Notes: generated by a model from the letters alone, not told the origin. 64,000 nucleotides of DNA from an uncultured Candidatus Saccharibacteria bacterium (GCA_964551495.1 CAZKCA010000004.1:15439-79438), one strand, 5' to 3'; shown: positions 9,353-19,471, counted from the first letter of the stretch. Made by a program: numbers and translations.

Positions 9353-10611
9353 GTTTTCTCAATATCTTTAATTTCTTTGATTATTATATCTTCCGCTTCA
9401 CTTAAATCCTTTTTTATTTCTTTTATTTTTTCTCTTTCTGAAGTAGAGATCTTTCTATAAGCAACATCATCCACATCTTCATTTATTATTTTAAAAGATC
9501 TTCTAACAATATCTTGAGCTTCTCTAGATTCTTTTTTTATTTTTTTCAAAAGTAATCTATTTTTAATCGACATGAAATGATTTTTGAAAATAAAATACAA
9601 AAGAATTATTAATAACAAAAACAAAATACCTCTAACTCTCATACTCGTATCTAGAAAAATATTTCCAACTCTAACAATAACCTCATTTGACCTACCACTG
9701 TAATCAAGATTATCATCAACAACAACAGACCAAACTCTATAAAAACCGGACTTTAGACTGGCAGGTATAGTAATCGAAAAATTACCATCACTATCAGTTT
9801 TAGAATTTATAAATATTCTTGAACTATTTTGATCATTTTCAAAAGCTATTAAAATCTGACTATCTTTATACTCAGTCCTTCCACACAATAGTTTATCATT
9901 AAAACTTAGACCCAAACTTTGTTCTATTTCAGAATAATCAATAACTAAACACTTCAGATTTTGATCAAGTCTCCCATAAAAAATTTCTGGCGCTTTTAGT
10001 TTTGGATCAACCTCAAAAGCAAAAAAATCTGTTGTAACTTTATTATTTTCAGTAATGTTTAAAACTTCAGATGCAATAGGTGTACTTGGCAAAACATTCT
10101 CTGTTTTCTTATTCTCTTCTTTTTCTGTAAAAACTTTTGGTTTAACTATGAAACTAGATCCAGATAAATTACTAGTTAGATCTGTTCCTAGACCATCGTT
10201 AGCCAATACTTGACCAGATTTAAAATTTATATTTCCTGAACCTTCTTTGTTAGCCTTTAAAACAACATTTAAAACAGTTCCTGTCCCACCAGAAAAACCG
10301 CCCAAAGAAACACCTTCAAATTGAACAGTTCCTGCACCAGAAGAAAAATTAGGTTCTGTAACCCAAAAATTTAATATTGAGTTAGATTTAGATATTGATT
10401 CAATTAAAAAAATAGAAGGAAAAGAGAGTGTTCCAGATACAGCATTTATTGGTAAATCACTTGAAACAAGAATCCTTAAAGTAACCCTATCGCCAACCTC
10501 TAGAGTTCCACTCACAGGACTAGTTGATAAATTAGCCGCTTTTACAAAAAAAGGGAAAAACAAAAAAACAAAAAATAGACCTATTAAAATTTCCCTGATT
10601 TTCTTTTCCAT
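9349..10611 (-). CDS. Cell-surface protein with cohesin-like domain, internal TM segment and charged C-terminal coiled-coil tail.
   Basis: Signal peptide. Cohesin-like block LSTSPVSGTLEVGDRVTLRILV...AVSGTLSFPSIFLIESI...FEGVSLGGFSGGTGTVLNVVLKANKEGSGNINF...LANDGLGTD, then a TM helix (ILFLLLIILLYFIF) and a KE-rich tail. Confidence 0.4.
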   Translation of the reverse strand: MEKKIREILIGLFFVFLFFPFFVKAANLSTSPVSGTLEVGDRVTLRILVSSDLPINAVSGTLSFPSIFLIESISKSNSILNFWVTEPNFSSGAGTVQFEGVSLGGFSGGTGTVLNVVLKANKEGSGNINFKSGQVLANDGLGTDLTSNLSGSSFIVKPKVFTEKEENKKTENVLPSTPIASEVLNITENNKVTTDFFAFEVDPKLKAPEIFYGRLDQNLKCLVIDYSEIEQSLGLSFNDKLLCGRTEYKDSQILIAFENDQNSSRIFINSKTDSDGNFSITIPASLKSGFYRVWSVVVDDNLDYSGRSNEVIVRVGNIFLDTSMRVRGILFLLLIILLYFIFKNHFMSIKNRLLLKKIKKESREAQDIVRRSFKIINEDVDDVAYRKISTSEREKIKEIKKDLSEAEDIIIKEIKDIEKT

Positions 10612-11456
10612 CTATATAAAATTACAAAAATAAAGACTGATATAGATATAATTATAATCAAAATAAGCTTAGATTCATACCAGACAGGTGGATATGTTGG
10701 AGGTATGATAGCCAACCTTTCATTGTCATAATTATCTACAGATTTAATTTCTATGTAACTCTGCAAAGACTGGTCTTTTAGTAAATACGGTGAATTAGAT
10801 TTTGTAAATTTAGATAAGAAAGACAGGTTTTTATATTTAAACTCCCTTATTTCATAATGAGAAATACCTGAATCTTTATCTTGAGTATAAAAAACAGCGA
10901 AATATTTACCGTCATAAATTGAAAGATCTTTTGATACAATTGGATTAAAATACTCTGGTGGATAAAAATCATAAGTCCTTTCTTCTCTATCTTTACTATC
11001 TCCTTTTTTTATAACAAAATCAGAATTTACTATTTTTACATAAGACAAAGATCCAGAACCATCGTTTTTTAACAATTTTAGATCATTTAAAACCAAGCCA
11101 CTTAAACCTTCTTTTTTAGCCACGAATACGGCACTAAAAATATTGGTCTTGCCCACAAATCCTCCTGGGGTTATACCTGAGAAATATATTCTTGACTGGC
11201 TTGTTTTTTGAGGCTTATCAATCCAAAAATTTACACCAGAATTTCCGTCTTTTATATAAGATAGTTCAAGATAATTACTGTCAAAATCTAAATTTCCTTC
11301 TATAGCATTTATAGACTCATTAGGATATAAAACTAAATCCACAACAAACTCTTCCCCAGATCTTATATTGACCTTGTTAAATTCCATCCTTACTTCTGAA
11401 GAAAAAACAAAAGATGGAAAAAATATAATTAATAATATAATAAATAGTTTTTTCAT
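10584..11456 (-). CDS. Cell-surface protein with cohesin-like domain and C-terminal TM anchor.
   Basis: Signal peptide. FNKVNIRSGEEFVVDLVLYP...AIEGNLDFDSNYLELSYI...FSGITPGGFVGKTNIFSAVFVAKKEGLSGLVLNDLKLLKNDGSG. C-terminal helix LILIIIISISVFIFVILYRWKRK. Confidence 0.4.
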   Translation of the reverse strand: MKKLFIILLIIFFPSFVFSSEVRMEFNKVNIRSGEEFVVDLVLYPNESINAIEGNLDFDSNYLELSYIKDGNSGVNFWIDKPQKTSQSRIYFSGITPGGFVGKTNIFSAVFVAKKEGLSGLVLNDLKLLKNDGSGSLSYVKIVNSDFVIKKGDSKDREERTYDFYPPEYFNPIVSKDLSIYDGKYFAVFYTQDKDSGISHYEIREFKYKNLSFLSKFTKSNSPYLLKDQSLQSYIEIKSVDNYDNERLAIIPPTYPPVWYESKLILIIIISISVFIFVILYRWKRKSGKF

Positions 11457-11457
11457 T

Positions 11458-12504
11458 TTATCCTGTCCAATTAAAGGCCATTATACTAAAATCAATCAAA
11501 TCAACTTTTCCATCAGAGTTTAAATCAACATTTTTTGGTGGGTTTTGCTTTCTATACCAAAAAGCAACAATACTAAAATCAACTAAGTTTACCCTAAAAT
11601 CCCCATTAACATCTCCTTTTTGAGTTGATTGAATTTTCTCTTTGGCAACATTTTTATCGCCAACTTTAAAATTTACGATATTACTTAGAGAACTAAGATC
11701 TCCTTCTATGCTGGACTTTGACTTAGTCTCATGTTCACCCTTATCTAAAACTAAAGTATCAAAATTTAAAAGATAAACACCATCTTTATCTGCCTGTCTT
11801 TTTATAATAAATTCTTGTGGAGAATTAACACTTATTGTGATCTCAGAATTTGGCACACTTTGACCGAATATAGCTATATTATCACCTCTCCTAACTTCAC
11901 TTTTATCTACTGAAATTGTTGGTGCAATAAATATCCCACCTATTTTTGTGGTAACTCCTGATGTAATAAAAATAGGAAAAGAAAATAGAGATGATCTTAA
12001 ACCATTTTTATCTTCACCATAAACAGCAAAAGTGTAGTTACCAGAGGAAAGACCTGAAACAGTGGCTGTGAAATTACTATCAGGACCAGCTATAGTAGTC
12101 ACGACAAGCTGACCATCTTTTAAAATAGATACTCTACTTAATGGGTATGCCCTGCCAGAAAAAACAACATTTGTATTTGGAACATTTGGAACTATTGGTG
12201 AAATTGGACCTCCCCCACCTCCCCCACCACCAGAAGAAGGTGGGTTTTGTGGAGCCAACAAACACTGAGATGTGTTAAATGTACAAGCCGAACTGCAAGA
12301 TAAAATCCCTGAACTAAAACCTAAAGAAGAACAAGAAGATCCCCCGAGATTAGAACCGTCACATTGTTCTCCAGAAGTTATTAAACTATCACCACAACCA
12401 GGAACTGTTGCAAATATTTCGACAGTTAAGCTAGAAAAAGTCCAATTTGGAATTAGACAAAACAATACCAATATAACAAACTGTATTATTTTTAAAAATT
12501 TCAT
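11458..12504 (-). CDS. Secreted dockerin-domain protein with Gly-run linker.
   Basis: C-terminus KGDVNGDFRVNLVDFSIVAFWY...VDLNSDGKVDLIDFSIMAFNWTG is a canonical duplicated dockerin calcium-binding repeat. Also has a signal peptide and a GGGGGGGGP linker. Confidence 0.7.
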   Translation of the reverse strand: MKFLKIIQFVILVLFCLIPNWTFSSLTVEIFATVPGCGDSLITSGEQCDGSNLGGSSCSSLGFSSGILSCSSACTFNTSQCLLAPQNPPSSGGGGGGGGPISPIVPNVPNTNVVFSGRAYPLSRVSILKDGQLVVTTIAGPDSNFTATVSGLSSGNYTFAVYGEDKNGLRSSLFSFPIFITSGVTTKIGGIFIAPTISVDKSEVRRGDNIAIFGQSVPNSEITISVNSPQEFIIKRQADKDGVYLLNFDTLVLDKGEHETKSKSSIEGDLSSLSNIVNFKVGDKNVAKEKIQSTQKGDVNGDFRVNLVDFSIVAFWYRKQNPPKNVDLNSDGKVDLIDFSIMAFNWTG

Positions 12505-13484
12505 CCATTATTGTTTTGCATTGCCTTAGCAATAATAAAACTATTATATTTTTTAAGAAACCACTTTCCTCCTATTATTATTATAAATAGAACAATAAAC
12601 ACTATGATAAGTAGCTGCCATGGTATTATAAAAAAACTATAGCTTAAATTGGCTGTCTGATTTGATTCACCCCAAACAACACCTAACTCTGCAGTGTAAA
12701 ACCCAAAACGAAAATCTTTTAACTGATTTAAAGCTGTTCCAAAAAAACCAGATTCTTTATTTTGTTCTCCCCAAATTATTTCAAATTTACGTATACTGTT
12801 AGGTAAGACACTACCTTCATTTTCATTGGCTAATAAAGTTGCCGTCTTAATCCTTAAAGTATTTTTAATCTTTATTTCACCTTTTGGAACAACTCTATCT
12901 CCACCTGTATTATTAAATCTATACTCAAAATTTAGAGGTAAGCCTGTAAAAATTTTTTTATTATTTTTTTCTGAAAAATCAATAAGACCTCCACTCTCTT
13001 CTATGTCACCAGAAACCCTAAGTAAAACCAAAACCCCTATTTTACCACCTATAGAAACTTCTCCTCCTTCTTGAGCTTTAGATGGAGCTGTTCCAAAAAA
13101 TATTGCCGCAAAATAACCACCGGGTTTTGCAGATTGAGGTATATTAATACTATAAGGAATATATATTTTTTCACCTGAAGGAATCAAAACTGACTCTTCT
13201 ATATTTATCCATGTAGCCAAACCATCTTTTGCTCCAATAAAATAAGGTGATCCAGAATCACCCCTAGGTTCAAAATTTTCATAGGAAATAAAGAATTTCT
13301 TTTCAGATTTCTCTTCATTAAACAATTCTATTTCCCCAGTAACTGTTTGACCTGGATCACCTGTTATTTCTATCTTTGCAGGAGAAACTGTTAGAGCAAA
13401 AACAGGAAAAGCCAATGACCACAAGGCTATTCCTATTAATATTGTATTTAATTTTTTATTCATAATCGGAGCCAATATTAGCAC
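12501..13484 (-). CDS. Cell-surface protein with C-terminal TM anchor (DUF916/CscA-like architecture).
   Basis: Signal peptide, ~270-aa extracytoplasmic beta-rich region, C-terminal helix QLLIIVFIVLFIIIIGGKWFLKKY. Family assignment by architecture only. Confidence 0.35.
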   Translation of the reverse strand: MLILAPIMNKKLNTILIGIALWSLAFPVFALTVSPAKIEITGDPGQTVTGEIELFNEEKSEKKFFISYENFEPRGDSGSPYFIGAKDGLATWINIEESVLIPSGEKIYIPYSINIPQSAKPGGYFAAIFFGTAPSKAQEGGEVSIGGKIGVLVLLRVSGDIEESGGLIDFSEKNNKKIFTGLPLNFEYRFNNTGGDRVVPKGEIKIKNTLRIKTATLLANENEGSVLPNSIRKFEIIWGEQNKESGFFGTALNQLKDFRFGFYTAELGVVWGESNQTANLSYSFFIIPWQLLIIVFIVLFIIIIGGKWFLKKYNSFIIAKAMQNNNG

Positions 13485-13497
13485 ACTTAATGAACAC

Positions 13498-14601
13498 TTA
13501 GAAGTTAGCTGTGGCTACATATGTTAATGTAGCAGAATAAGAACCAGCTTCTGTGTTTGAGGCTATGTTGGCCAAATATCTTACAGAATAAGTGGTGTTA
13601 GCTGTCGCTCCAGTAGCACTAGCCACTTCATCTGGAAAGGCAGCTGTATCAAAAGCGAAACCAGAAGCAGCATAGGGAGCTGAAACTGTTCCAGAGCCAC
13701 CAGAAGCTGTCATTCTAAGTCCAAATTGTTCTGTTCCAACAGAAGAGGAAGAGTTTGTGTTGCCTATAGCATTTATAGTCGCCCCTCCACAAGCAGAACA
13801 AGTAAGTGTTGCTCCGTTAACTGTCATTGTGTAGCCATTAGCAGCATTTGTTCCAACAACCAAATTATGGGCTTCTGTCTCTGAACCTGTACCAGAAGTA
13901 TCTCCTGTTGCATACCTAGCTGCAGAAGCTGAAAGTGGCCCAAAGCCAATTGAGTTATCGGATATAGTAAATGTAAGAGATTGGGCAACAGTAGCTGATA
14001 CAGAAACCTGATCATCGTTCAATATATTTATTGTTATGTCACCAGAATCACCAAATGCTCCACTAATTGATATTGAGTAACTTGCAGCAGAAGCATGATT
14101 TGTTATTTGTGTGTTACCGGTTACTCCTGTTGTAGCATTTGTTCCTATTTCTATTTGTATACAAGCATTAGCTGCAATAGCGGCCGCACCAACACCATCT
14201 GAAGGAGCTGTCAAAGTTATAACTTGACCAGAAAGAGCTGCCCCCCAAGCAGTAGCTGAAGGTGTAGATGCTAACGTTTCGTTATTTGTAAAAGAAACCC
14301 CTGAACAACTAGATTGGCTTCCTGCAGAATGAGCCAAGTCTATATCTTCAAAATCTAGTGAGTTCATATTGAAACCAGATGGAAAAGTTATAGTTATAGT
14401 GTCAGTATTTTCTGCTGCACCAGTTGGAGTTCTAAATACTATAGTATGATTCGAAGCTGTACTAACTTTTTGGCTAGACATTATATCTGATGCATTTGCT
14501 ATTGAAGCAGCAGACACTGTTTTAAAAGAAACCAAAGAAAAAATGAGCGCAACCACAAGAGATACACTCAAAAAATTTTTCAAAAATGAAATATTGATCA
14601 T
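13498..14601 (-). CDS. Secreted Ser/Thr/Ala/Gly-rich surface protein. Its C-terminal ~160-aa domain is shared with the giant neighbouring protein (possible WxL-like wall-binding domain).
   Basis: Signal peptide. The C-terminal block SITFTISDNSIGFGPLSASAARYATGD...TLTCSACGGATINAIG...GSYSATLTYVATANF is about 60% identical to the C-terminus of the 14677-18504 protein. Confidence 0.5.
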   Translation of the reverse strand: MINISFLKNFLSVSLVVALIFSLVSFKTVSAASIANASDIMSSQKVSTASNHTIVFRTPTGAAENTDTITITFPSGFNMNSLDFEDIDLAHSAGSQSSCSGVSFTNNETLASTPSATAWGAALSGQVITLTAPSDGVGAAAIAANACIQIEIGTNATTGVTGNTQITNHASAASYSISISGAFGDSGDITINILNDDQVSVSATVAQSLTFTISDNSIGFGPLSASAARYATGDTSGTGSETEAHNLVVGTNAANGYTMTVNGATLTCSACGGATINAIGNTNSSSSVGTEQFGLRMTASGGSGTVSAPYAASGFAFDTAAFPDEVASATGATANTTYSVRYLANIASNTEAGSYSATLTYVATANF

Positions 14602-14676
14602 AAATTAATTATTAAATTGTTGAGTTAATTGTAACATTAGAGTTAAAAACAATAAAAAAATCTGTGGATATCTTTT

Positions 14677-17600
14677 TTAAAAAGTGGCGGTGATTGTATA
14701 AGTTATAGTTGCATTATAATTTCCTGCTGAAGTTGCGCTGTCTATATTACCAATATAACGAACCCCAAAAACAGTTTCTACTTCATCACCATCACCTGAA
14801 AAAATCAAATCAGGAAAAGCAGATGTATCTAATGCCCAATCTGAACTGTTATAAGGAGAAGCGACGGTTCCATTTCCAGAACTAACCGTTGCTCTTAATC
14901 CAAACTGTTTTGTTCCAACAGAAGAAGGTGTAGAAACGCCACCTATAGCATCTATAGTTGCCCCTCCACAAGCTGTACAAGTAAGAGTTGTTCCGCTGAC
15001 AGTTATTACATATCCTCCAGAGGCATTTGTTGAAGCAGATATTGTATGAGCTGAAGCAGAATCAGATCCAGAACCATTACTATCCCCAGTTGCATATCGA
15101 GCAGCAGAAGGATTTAGAGTTCCAAAACCTATAGAATTATCGGATATTGAAAAAGTGATAGACTGAGCTCCTCCTGTTGAAGCAGTTGTGATTTCAGGAT
15201 ATGAAGAATAACTATTTAAAGCCGAGCCATTTGACTTTACCACCCTAAAACAAAAAGTTGTGTCTGGATCAGCACCGTTATCAATCAAAGAAAAATCCCA
15301 TTTACCATCTTGACCAGAAGGTATGGCTGACTGACTATTTGTAAAATTATTTGACTCTTCGTATGTCTGATTAACAATTGTATCTCCGCTATGGGTTGGA
15401 TCATTAGCATTTGAAGTTAAAGCCGATCCATCAGAAGGAGTTGCGTTATCATTAAAAGCTATAACTGTTGCCCCTGTCACATCAGTATAAGAAGCTGGAC
15501 TACCACCAGATGGAGAAGCACAGCTTCCAGCACCCTTATCAACAAACTGCAATTTAAAACTTTGTCCATTTTGAGCAACCTGATTACTTCCTACATGAAT
15601 TAAAGTTCTGAGTCTAAAAGGATCACCAGAAGAAGTTAAAGTAGCAGGAGTGTCTTGTAGAGCTAGAGCAGAACCAACATCGGTTGAATTAGAGTTTGCA
15701 AAGAAACGATATGCCGACTGTTCAAAAGTTGGTAGTATATACCTTTCCGAAGCTACTGCTATCTTTGTTAGGGGTAATCCCGTCCTAGCTACAGGACCAC
15801 CCCAAAGAGCCGAGGCTGTTCCCCATGTCTGAGATCCTCCAGTTAATCTATTTTCTGTGATATCCATTGATGCTGCTGCCGAACTTTCGTAGGCAACTAA
15901 AAACATTGCACCAGAATTAGGATGAGCATTAAGCAACATAAAATCAGTATCATCTCCCTGAGTTGTGGCAGTCCCCCACGAAGAAGTTGGACCATTCCAA
16001 AGTTTTCTAGAAATTGTGTTTCCGTCTCCATAAACAAGCCAAGCATCATCTGGATTACTTGAATGAGTCTCAAACTTTATATCAAATGCCTGAGAAGCGT
16101 TTGTCTCCGCTGCTGCTGTATGTTCCGTATGCACAGCACTCCAAGCAGTTCCGCTCCATATGAAAGTGTTTAAGTCAGACCCACCATCAAGTGAACCATA
16201 CAATATCTGGTTAGAAGTAGAAGAACCTGTATTAGGAGCTAATATCATCCAGTTATTTACCGCTCCAGCGTTTGGGTTATCTAGCAAAGTAGCAGCAGAC
16301 AAAACTCCACCAGAATAAGTTCTATAATATTGATCCGTTGAAACCGAATCTCCCCAAATAAACATTGCATCTCCCGATGCGGTCTCATAAGCAACATCTA
16401 TAGATTTTTCAGTAGCAATAGAAGCAGTTGCATCCCAAACAGCAGCTGTTCCCATATTGTCCCAAGCACTGCCTGTCCAGCGCATACCATAAACATCAGT
16501 ATTTGCATCTAAAACAATCATTGCTAACTCATCTGAGTTGGGTCTTGAAGCAAGCTCAATCCAGTTTGGTCTTCCAGTCGTGGGTATGTCTATGTTTGTA
16601 GGACCTGTCCAACCAGTTCCATTCCACACATGATAGTTTGGATCAGCGGTTCCATCTCCTGTCACAACAATGGCATCCCCTGAAGTATTTTCATACTCAA
16701 TATCAAATCCTCTATACAAAGATTGAACATCTCTGCTCCCTTGGGCATTATTCATAGTGTTTAACAGAGTAGCTTGACCCCAAACAGAATTTTGCCCATC
16801 CCAAACTTGAGCTTCTACTCTTCCACTGTTACCAGCTGTTAAAAGTATTGCCTCATCTCTTGTTGGAGAAGTTTTTAAAACCATATGCCTTAATTCACCA
16901 GACACAGGAGATGTACTAGCTGGACTACCCCAAGCTGAACCCGTCCATCTTCTATATTGTGGATAAGTAACAGAACTTTCGTCTGTATAAGCCATCATTG
17001 CTTCTGTAGAGGAATTATAAGACTGAGAAGCAAGTACTGATCTACTTGCTCCCATATTTCTTTTAACCGGACCACCCCATATAACAGCAGCTGTTCCCCA
17101 AGTCTGAGATCCTCCCGTTAATCTATTTTCTGTAATATCATCCGTAGCCGCAGTATCATCTTCATAAACAAGAGAAAATACAGCACCAGAATTAGGTTGG
17201 GCATTCAATGAAATTACAGCTGTATCATCTCCTTGAGTGGTAGCAGTTTGCCAAGCAGAAGTGCCTCCATCCCACAACCTCCTTGAGACAGTAGTAGAGT
17301 TTCCCCACCAAAGCCACGCATCATTTGGATTTGAACTATGTGTTTCAAATACAATATCAAAATTCATATCAACAATATCTTCTGTTCCCGCACTATGCTC
17401 TGCATGCACTGCACTCCAAGCAGTTCCACTCCATATAAAAGTGTTAAGGTCTGCACCGGCATCCAAAAGCCCGATCATTATTTGATCCGACCCGGAAGTA
17501 GGGTTTGATGAAAGCTTTAACCAATGAACAACACCACCATTGTTTGCATTGGTAACGTTTGTCACCGCACCCAAAACCCCTCCCGAATAAGCCCTGTATC

Positions 17601-18504
17601 TAAAATGAGCTGTAGCTGCAGTTGCAAATCCCCAGGCAAACATTATATCTCCAGATGTTGTCTCAAAAGCAACATCTACAGCCTTTTTAGTTCCTATTGA
17701 CCCAGAAGCGTCCCATACAACAGCTGTTCCCATATTATCCCAGGCGCTACCTGTCCAACGCATACCATAAACATCGTTATTTGAATCAATAGAAATCATT
17801 GCCAACTCATCGGAACCGGGCCTAGACGCTAATTCTATCCAATAAGGCCTCCCTGTTGTTGGTATGTCTATGTTTACTCCAGAAGCCCAGCTTGTCCCAT
17901 TCCATACATAATAATTTGGATCAGCACTACCATCTGCTGCCACAACTATGGCATCCCCAGAAGTTTGTTCATACTCAACATCAAATCCTCTGTATAAAGA
18001 ACCTCCATCTGGACTACCATTTACATCATTTAATGTAACTAATGTAGTAGGAGTACCCCAAGAAGATCCATTAAATATTTGAGCCTGAACTTCACCTGTG
18101 TTTGTTAAAACAACAAGCACTGCTTCATCTCTTGTGGGAGCATACTTTAACTGCATATGTCTTATATCTGTTCCGTTTACATCAGAAGCAGATAACTCAG
18201 ATCCCCAGGCAGATCCATTCCATACTCTATACTTTGGAGTAGAAGTTCCTGATAAAGTATCATAAACAACCATAGCATCAGAAAGACCATCAGCATATGT
18301 TGTTTTATTTGTCATTTTTGAAAAATACTCATCAACAACATTTGAATCCTTTGATGCTAAATACATCTGATCAACAACATTTGAATCTCTTAGATAACTC
18401 AAGAAAGCCTCAAAAGGAGCTCCAAACCAAAAAATCCCAATAATTAAAAAGGAAGTGAATGCGACTTTAATTATTTTTTTAAAGAATTTAGTATTCGGAA
18501 ACAT
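14677..18504 (-). CDS. Giant (1275 aa) secreted repeat protein. It has two tandem ~400-aa Trp/Gly-rich propeller-like repeat units plus the shared C-terminal domain.
   Basis: N-terminal TM/signal. Residues ~80-480 and ~515-915 are near-duplicates (KYRVWNGSAWGSELSASDVNGTDIRHMQLKYAPTRDEAVL... versus QYRRWTGSAWGSPASTSPVSGELRHMVLKTSPTRDEAIL...). This shows as a ~1.2-kb DNA tandem repeat. The C-terminus matches the 13498-14601 protein. Confidence 0.55.
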   Translation of the reverse strand: MFPNTKFFKKIIKVAFTSFLIIGIFWFGAPFEAFLSYLRDSNVVDQMYLASKDSNVVDEYFSKMTNKTTYADGLSDAMVVYDTLSGTSTPKYRVWNGSAWGSELSASDVNGTDIRHMQLKYAPTRDEAVLVVLTNTGEVQAQIFNGSSWGTPTTLVTLNDVNGSPDGGSLYRGFDVEYEQTSGDAIVVAADGSADPNYYVWNGTSWASGVNIDIPTTGRPYWIELASRPGSDELAMISIDSNNDVYGMRWTGSAWDNMGTAVVWDASGSIGTKKAVDVAFETTSGDIMFAWGFATAATAHFRYRAYSGGVLGAVTNVTNANNGGVVHWLKLSSNPTSGSDQIMIGLLDAGADLNTFIWSGTAWSAVHAEHSAGTEDIVDMNFDIVFETHSSNPNDAWLWWGNSTTVSRRLWDGGTSAWQTATTQGDDTAVISLNAQPNSGAVFSLVYEDDTAATDDITENRLTGGSQTWGTAAVIWGGPVKRNMGASRSVLASQSYNSSTEAMMAYTDESSVTYPQYRRWTGSAWGSPASTSPVSGELRHMVLKTSPTRDEAILLTAGNSGRVEAQVWDGQNSVWGQATLLNTMNNAQGSRDVQSLYRGFDIEYENTSGDAIVVTGDGTADPNYHVWNGTGWTGPTNIDIPTTGRPNWIELASRPNSDELAMIVLDANTDVYGMRWTGSAWDNMGTAAVWDATASIATEKSIDVAYETASGDAMFIWGDSVSTDQYYRTYSGGVLSAATLLDNPNAGAVNNWMILAPNTGSSTSNQILYGSLDGGSDLNTFIWSGTAWSAVHTEHTAAAETNASQAFDIKFETHSSNPDDAWLVYGDGNTISRKLWNGPTSSWGTATTQGDDTDFMLLNAHPNSGAMFLVAYESSAAASMDITENRLTGGSQTWGTASALWGGPVARTGLPLTKIAVASERYILPTFEQSAYRFFANSNSTDVGSALALQDTPATLTSSGDPFRLRTLIHVGSNQVAQNGQSFKLQFVDKGAGSCASPSGGSPASYTDVTGATVIAFNDNATPSDGSALTSNANDPTHSGDTIVNQTYEESNNFTNSQSAIPSGQDGKWDFSLIDNGADPDTTFCFRVVKSNGSALNSYSSYPEITTASTGGAQSITFSISDNSIGFGTLNPSAARYATGDSNGSGSDSASAHTISASTNASGGYVITVSGTTLTCTACGGATIDAIGGVSTPSSVGTKQFGLRATVSSGNGTVASPYNSSDWALDTSAFPDLIFSGDGDEVETVFGVRYIGNIDSATSAGNYNATITYTITATF

Positions 18505-19471
18505 ATTGATAAGTTTTTTCAGATATATCTTTCATTATCCTTAGTGCCTTTTCCCTTCCCATGTTATTTGATTTATAGTCAATAAGTACAGAAATAAGAT
18601 ATGGCCTATTTTCCACATAAACTATTCCTGAATCCAAAACAACACCAACCTCATCATTTTCCCCTATTTTATGAGAAAATGTGACATCATCGGGAATACC
18701 TTGACCCAAATAACTTTCATAAGGAGTTTTAGATAAAATCTCTAAAAGTTTTTGAGAATTTGCTCTGTTTAAATAACTTGAAACATACAAAACTCTAAAA
18801 AGTCGGGTATATTCTTTGGCACTTATTTTCCCTTCCTCGTTAAATAATTCTTCCAACCCAACCGCCAAAATAACATCTTGTAATTCATCAAATGATAAAT
18901 TTCTATATAAAACTCTAAAAGCAGTATTGTCTGAATTAGTTAACATTTCCTCCAAAAGTTTCTCTATAGTTACTCTTGTACCAACAGGATTTTTATGCAC
19001 ATCTCCCCAAGCATAATCTCTATCTTCCTTCATAATTACCAACTCATTGTGAAGATCCCAATCGCCTTTTTCTACTTTTTTCATAACAGCCAGAGCTAAA
19101 GGAACCTTGACAAGAGAAGCTGGAAATATTCTTAAATCTTGATTTATTGAAATATTTGCTCCTGTATTTAAATACTCAACATAGATAGAAATATCATTTG
19201 GTCCATTTTCATTTACCAAGTCGGTGAAATATTCTCTTATAGGTTGAAGGGTGTTTATAAAATGCTCTTGAGGAATAAGGTTTCTAGAAATATCTATAAA
19301 AGGATACTCTTTTTTGAAAGATTCTAAATTTTCTTTGTCTTTAAAGAAGATAATGGAAATAAAAATAATATTAGATAAAAGCAGAATAAATAATAAAAAT
19401 TTTAATAAATTTTTATTTAGAAAATTATCAGTTTTTTTATTGGACATTAATTTATTATATTTATCTGGCAT
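18488..19471 (-). CDS. Membrane-anchored class-A beta-lactamase-fold serine hydrolase (PBP/beta-lactamase-like).
   Basis: N-terminal TM. SLVK (SxxK) is followed about 60 aa later by SDN (LTNSDNTAF), and a KIG (KTG-like) motif about 90 aa further on. This is the class A serine beta-lactamase spacing. Confidence 0.5.
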   Translation of the reverse strand: MPDKYNKLMSNKKTDNFLNKNLLKFLLFILLLSNIIFISIIFFKDKENLESFKKEYPFIDISRNLIPQEHFINTLQPIREYFTDLVNENGPNDISIYVEYLNTGANISINQDLRIFPASLVKVPLALAVMKKVEKGDWDLHNELVIMKEDRDYAWGDVHKNPVGTRVTIEKLLEEMLTNSDNTAFRVLYRNLSFDELQDVILAVGLEELFNEEGKISAKEYTRLFRVLYVSSYLNRANSQKLLEILSKTPYESYLGQGIPDDVTFSHKIGENDEVGVVLDSGIVYVENRPYLISVLIDYKSNNMGREKALRIMKDISEKTYQYVSEY

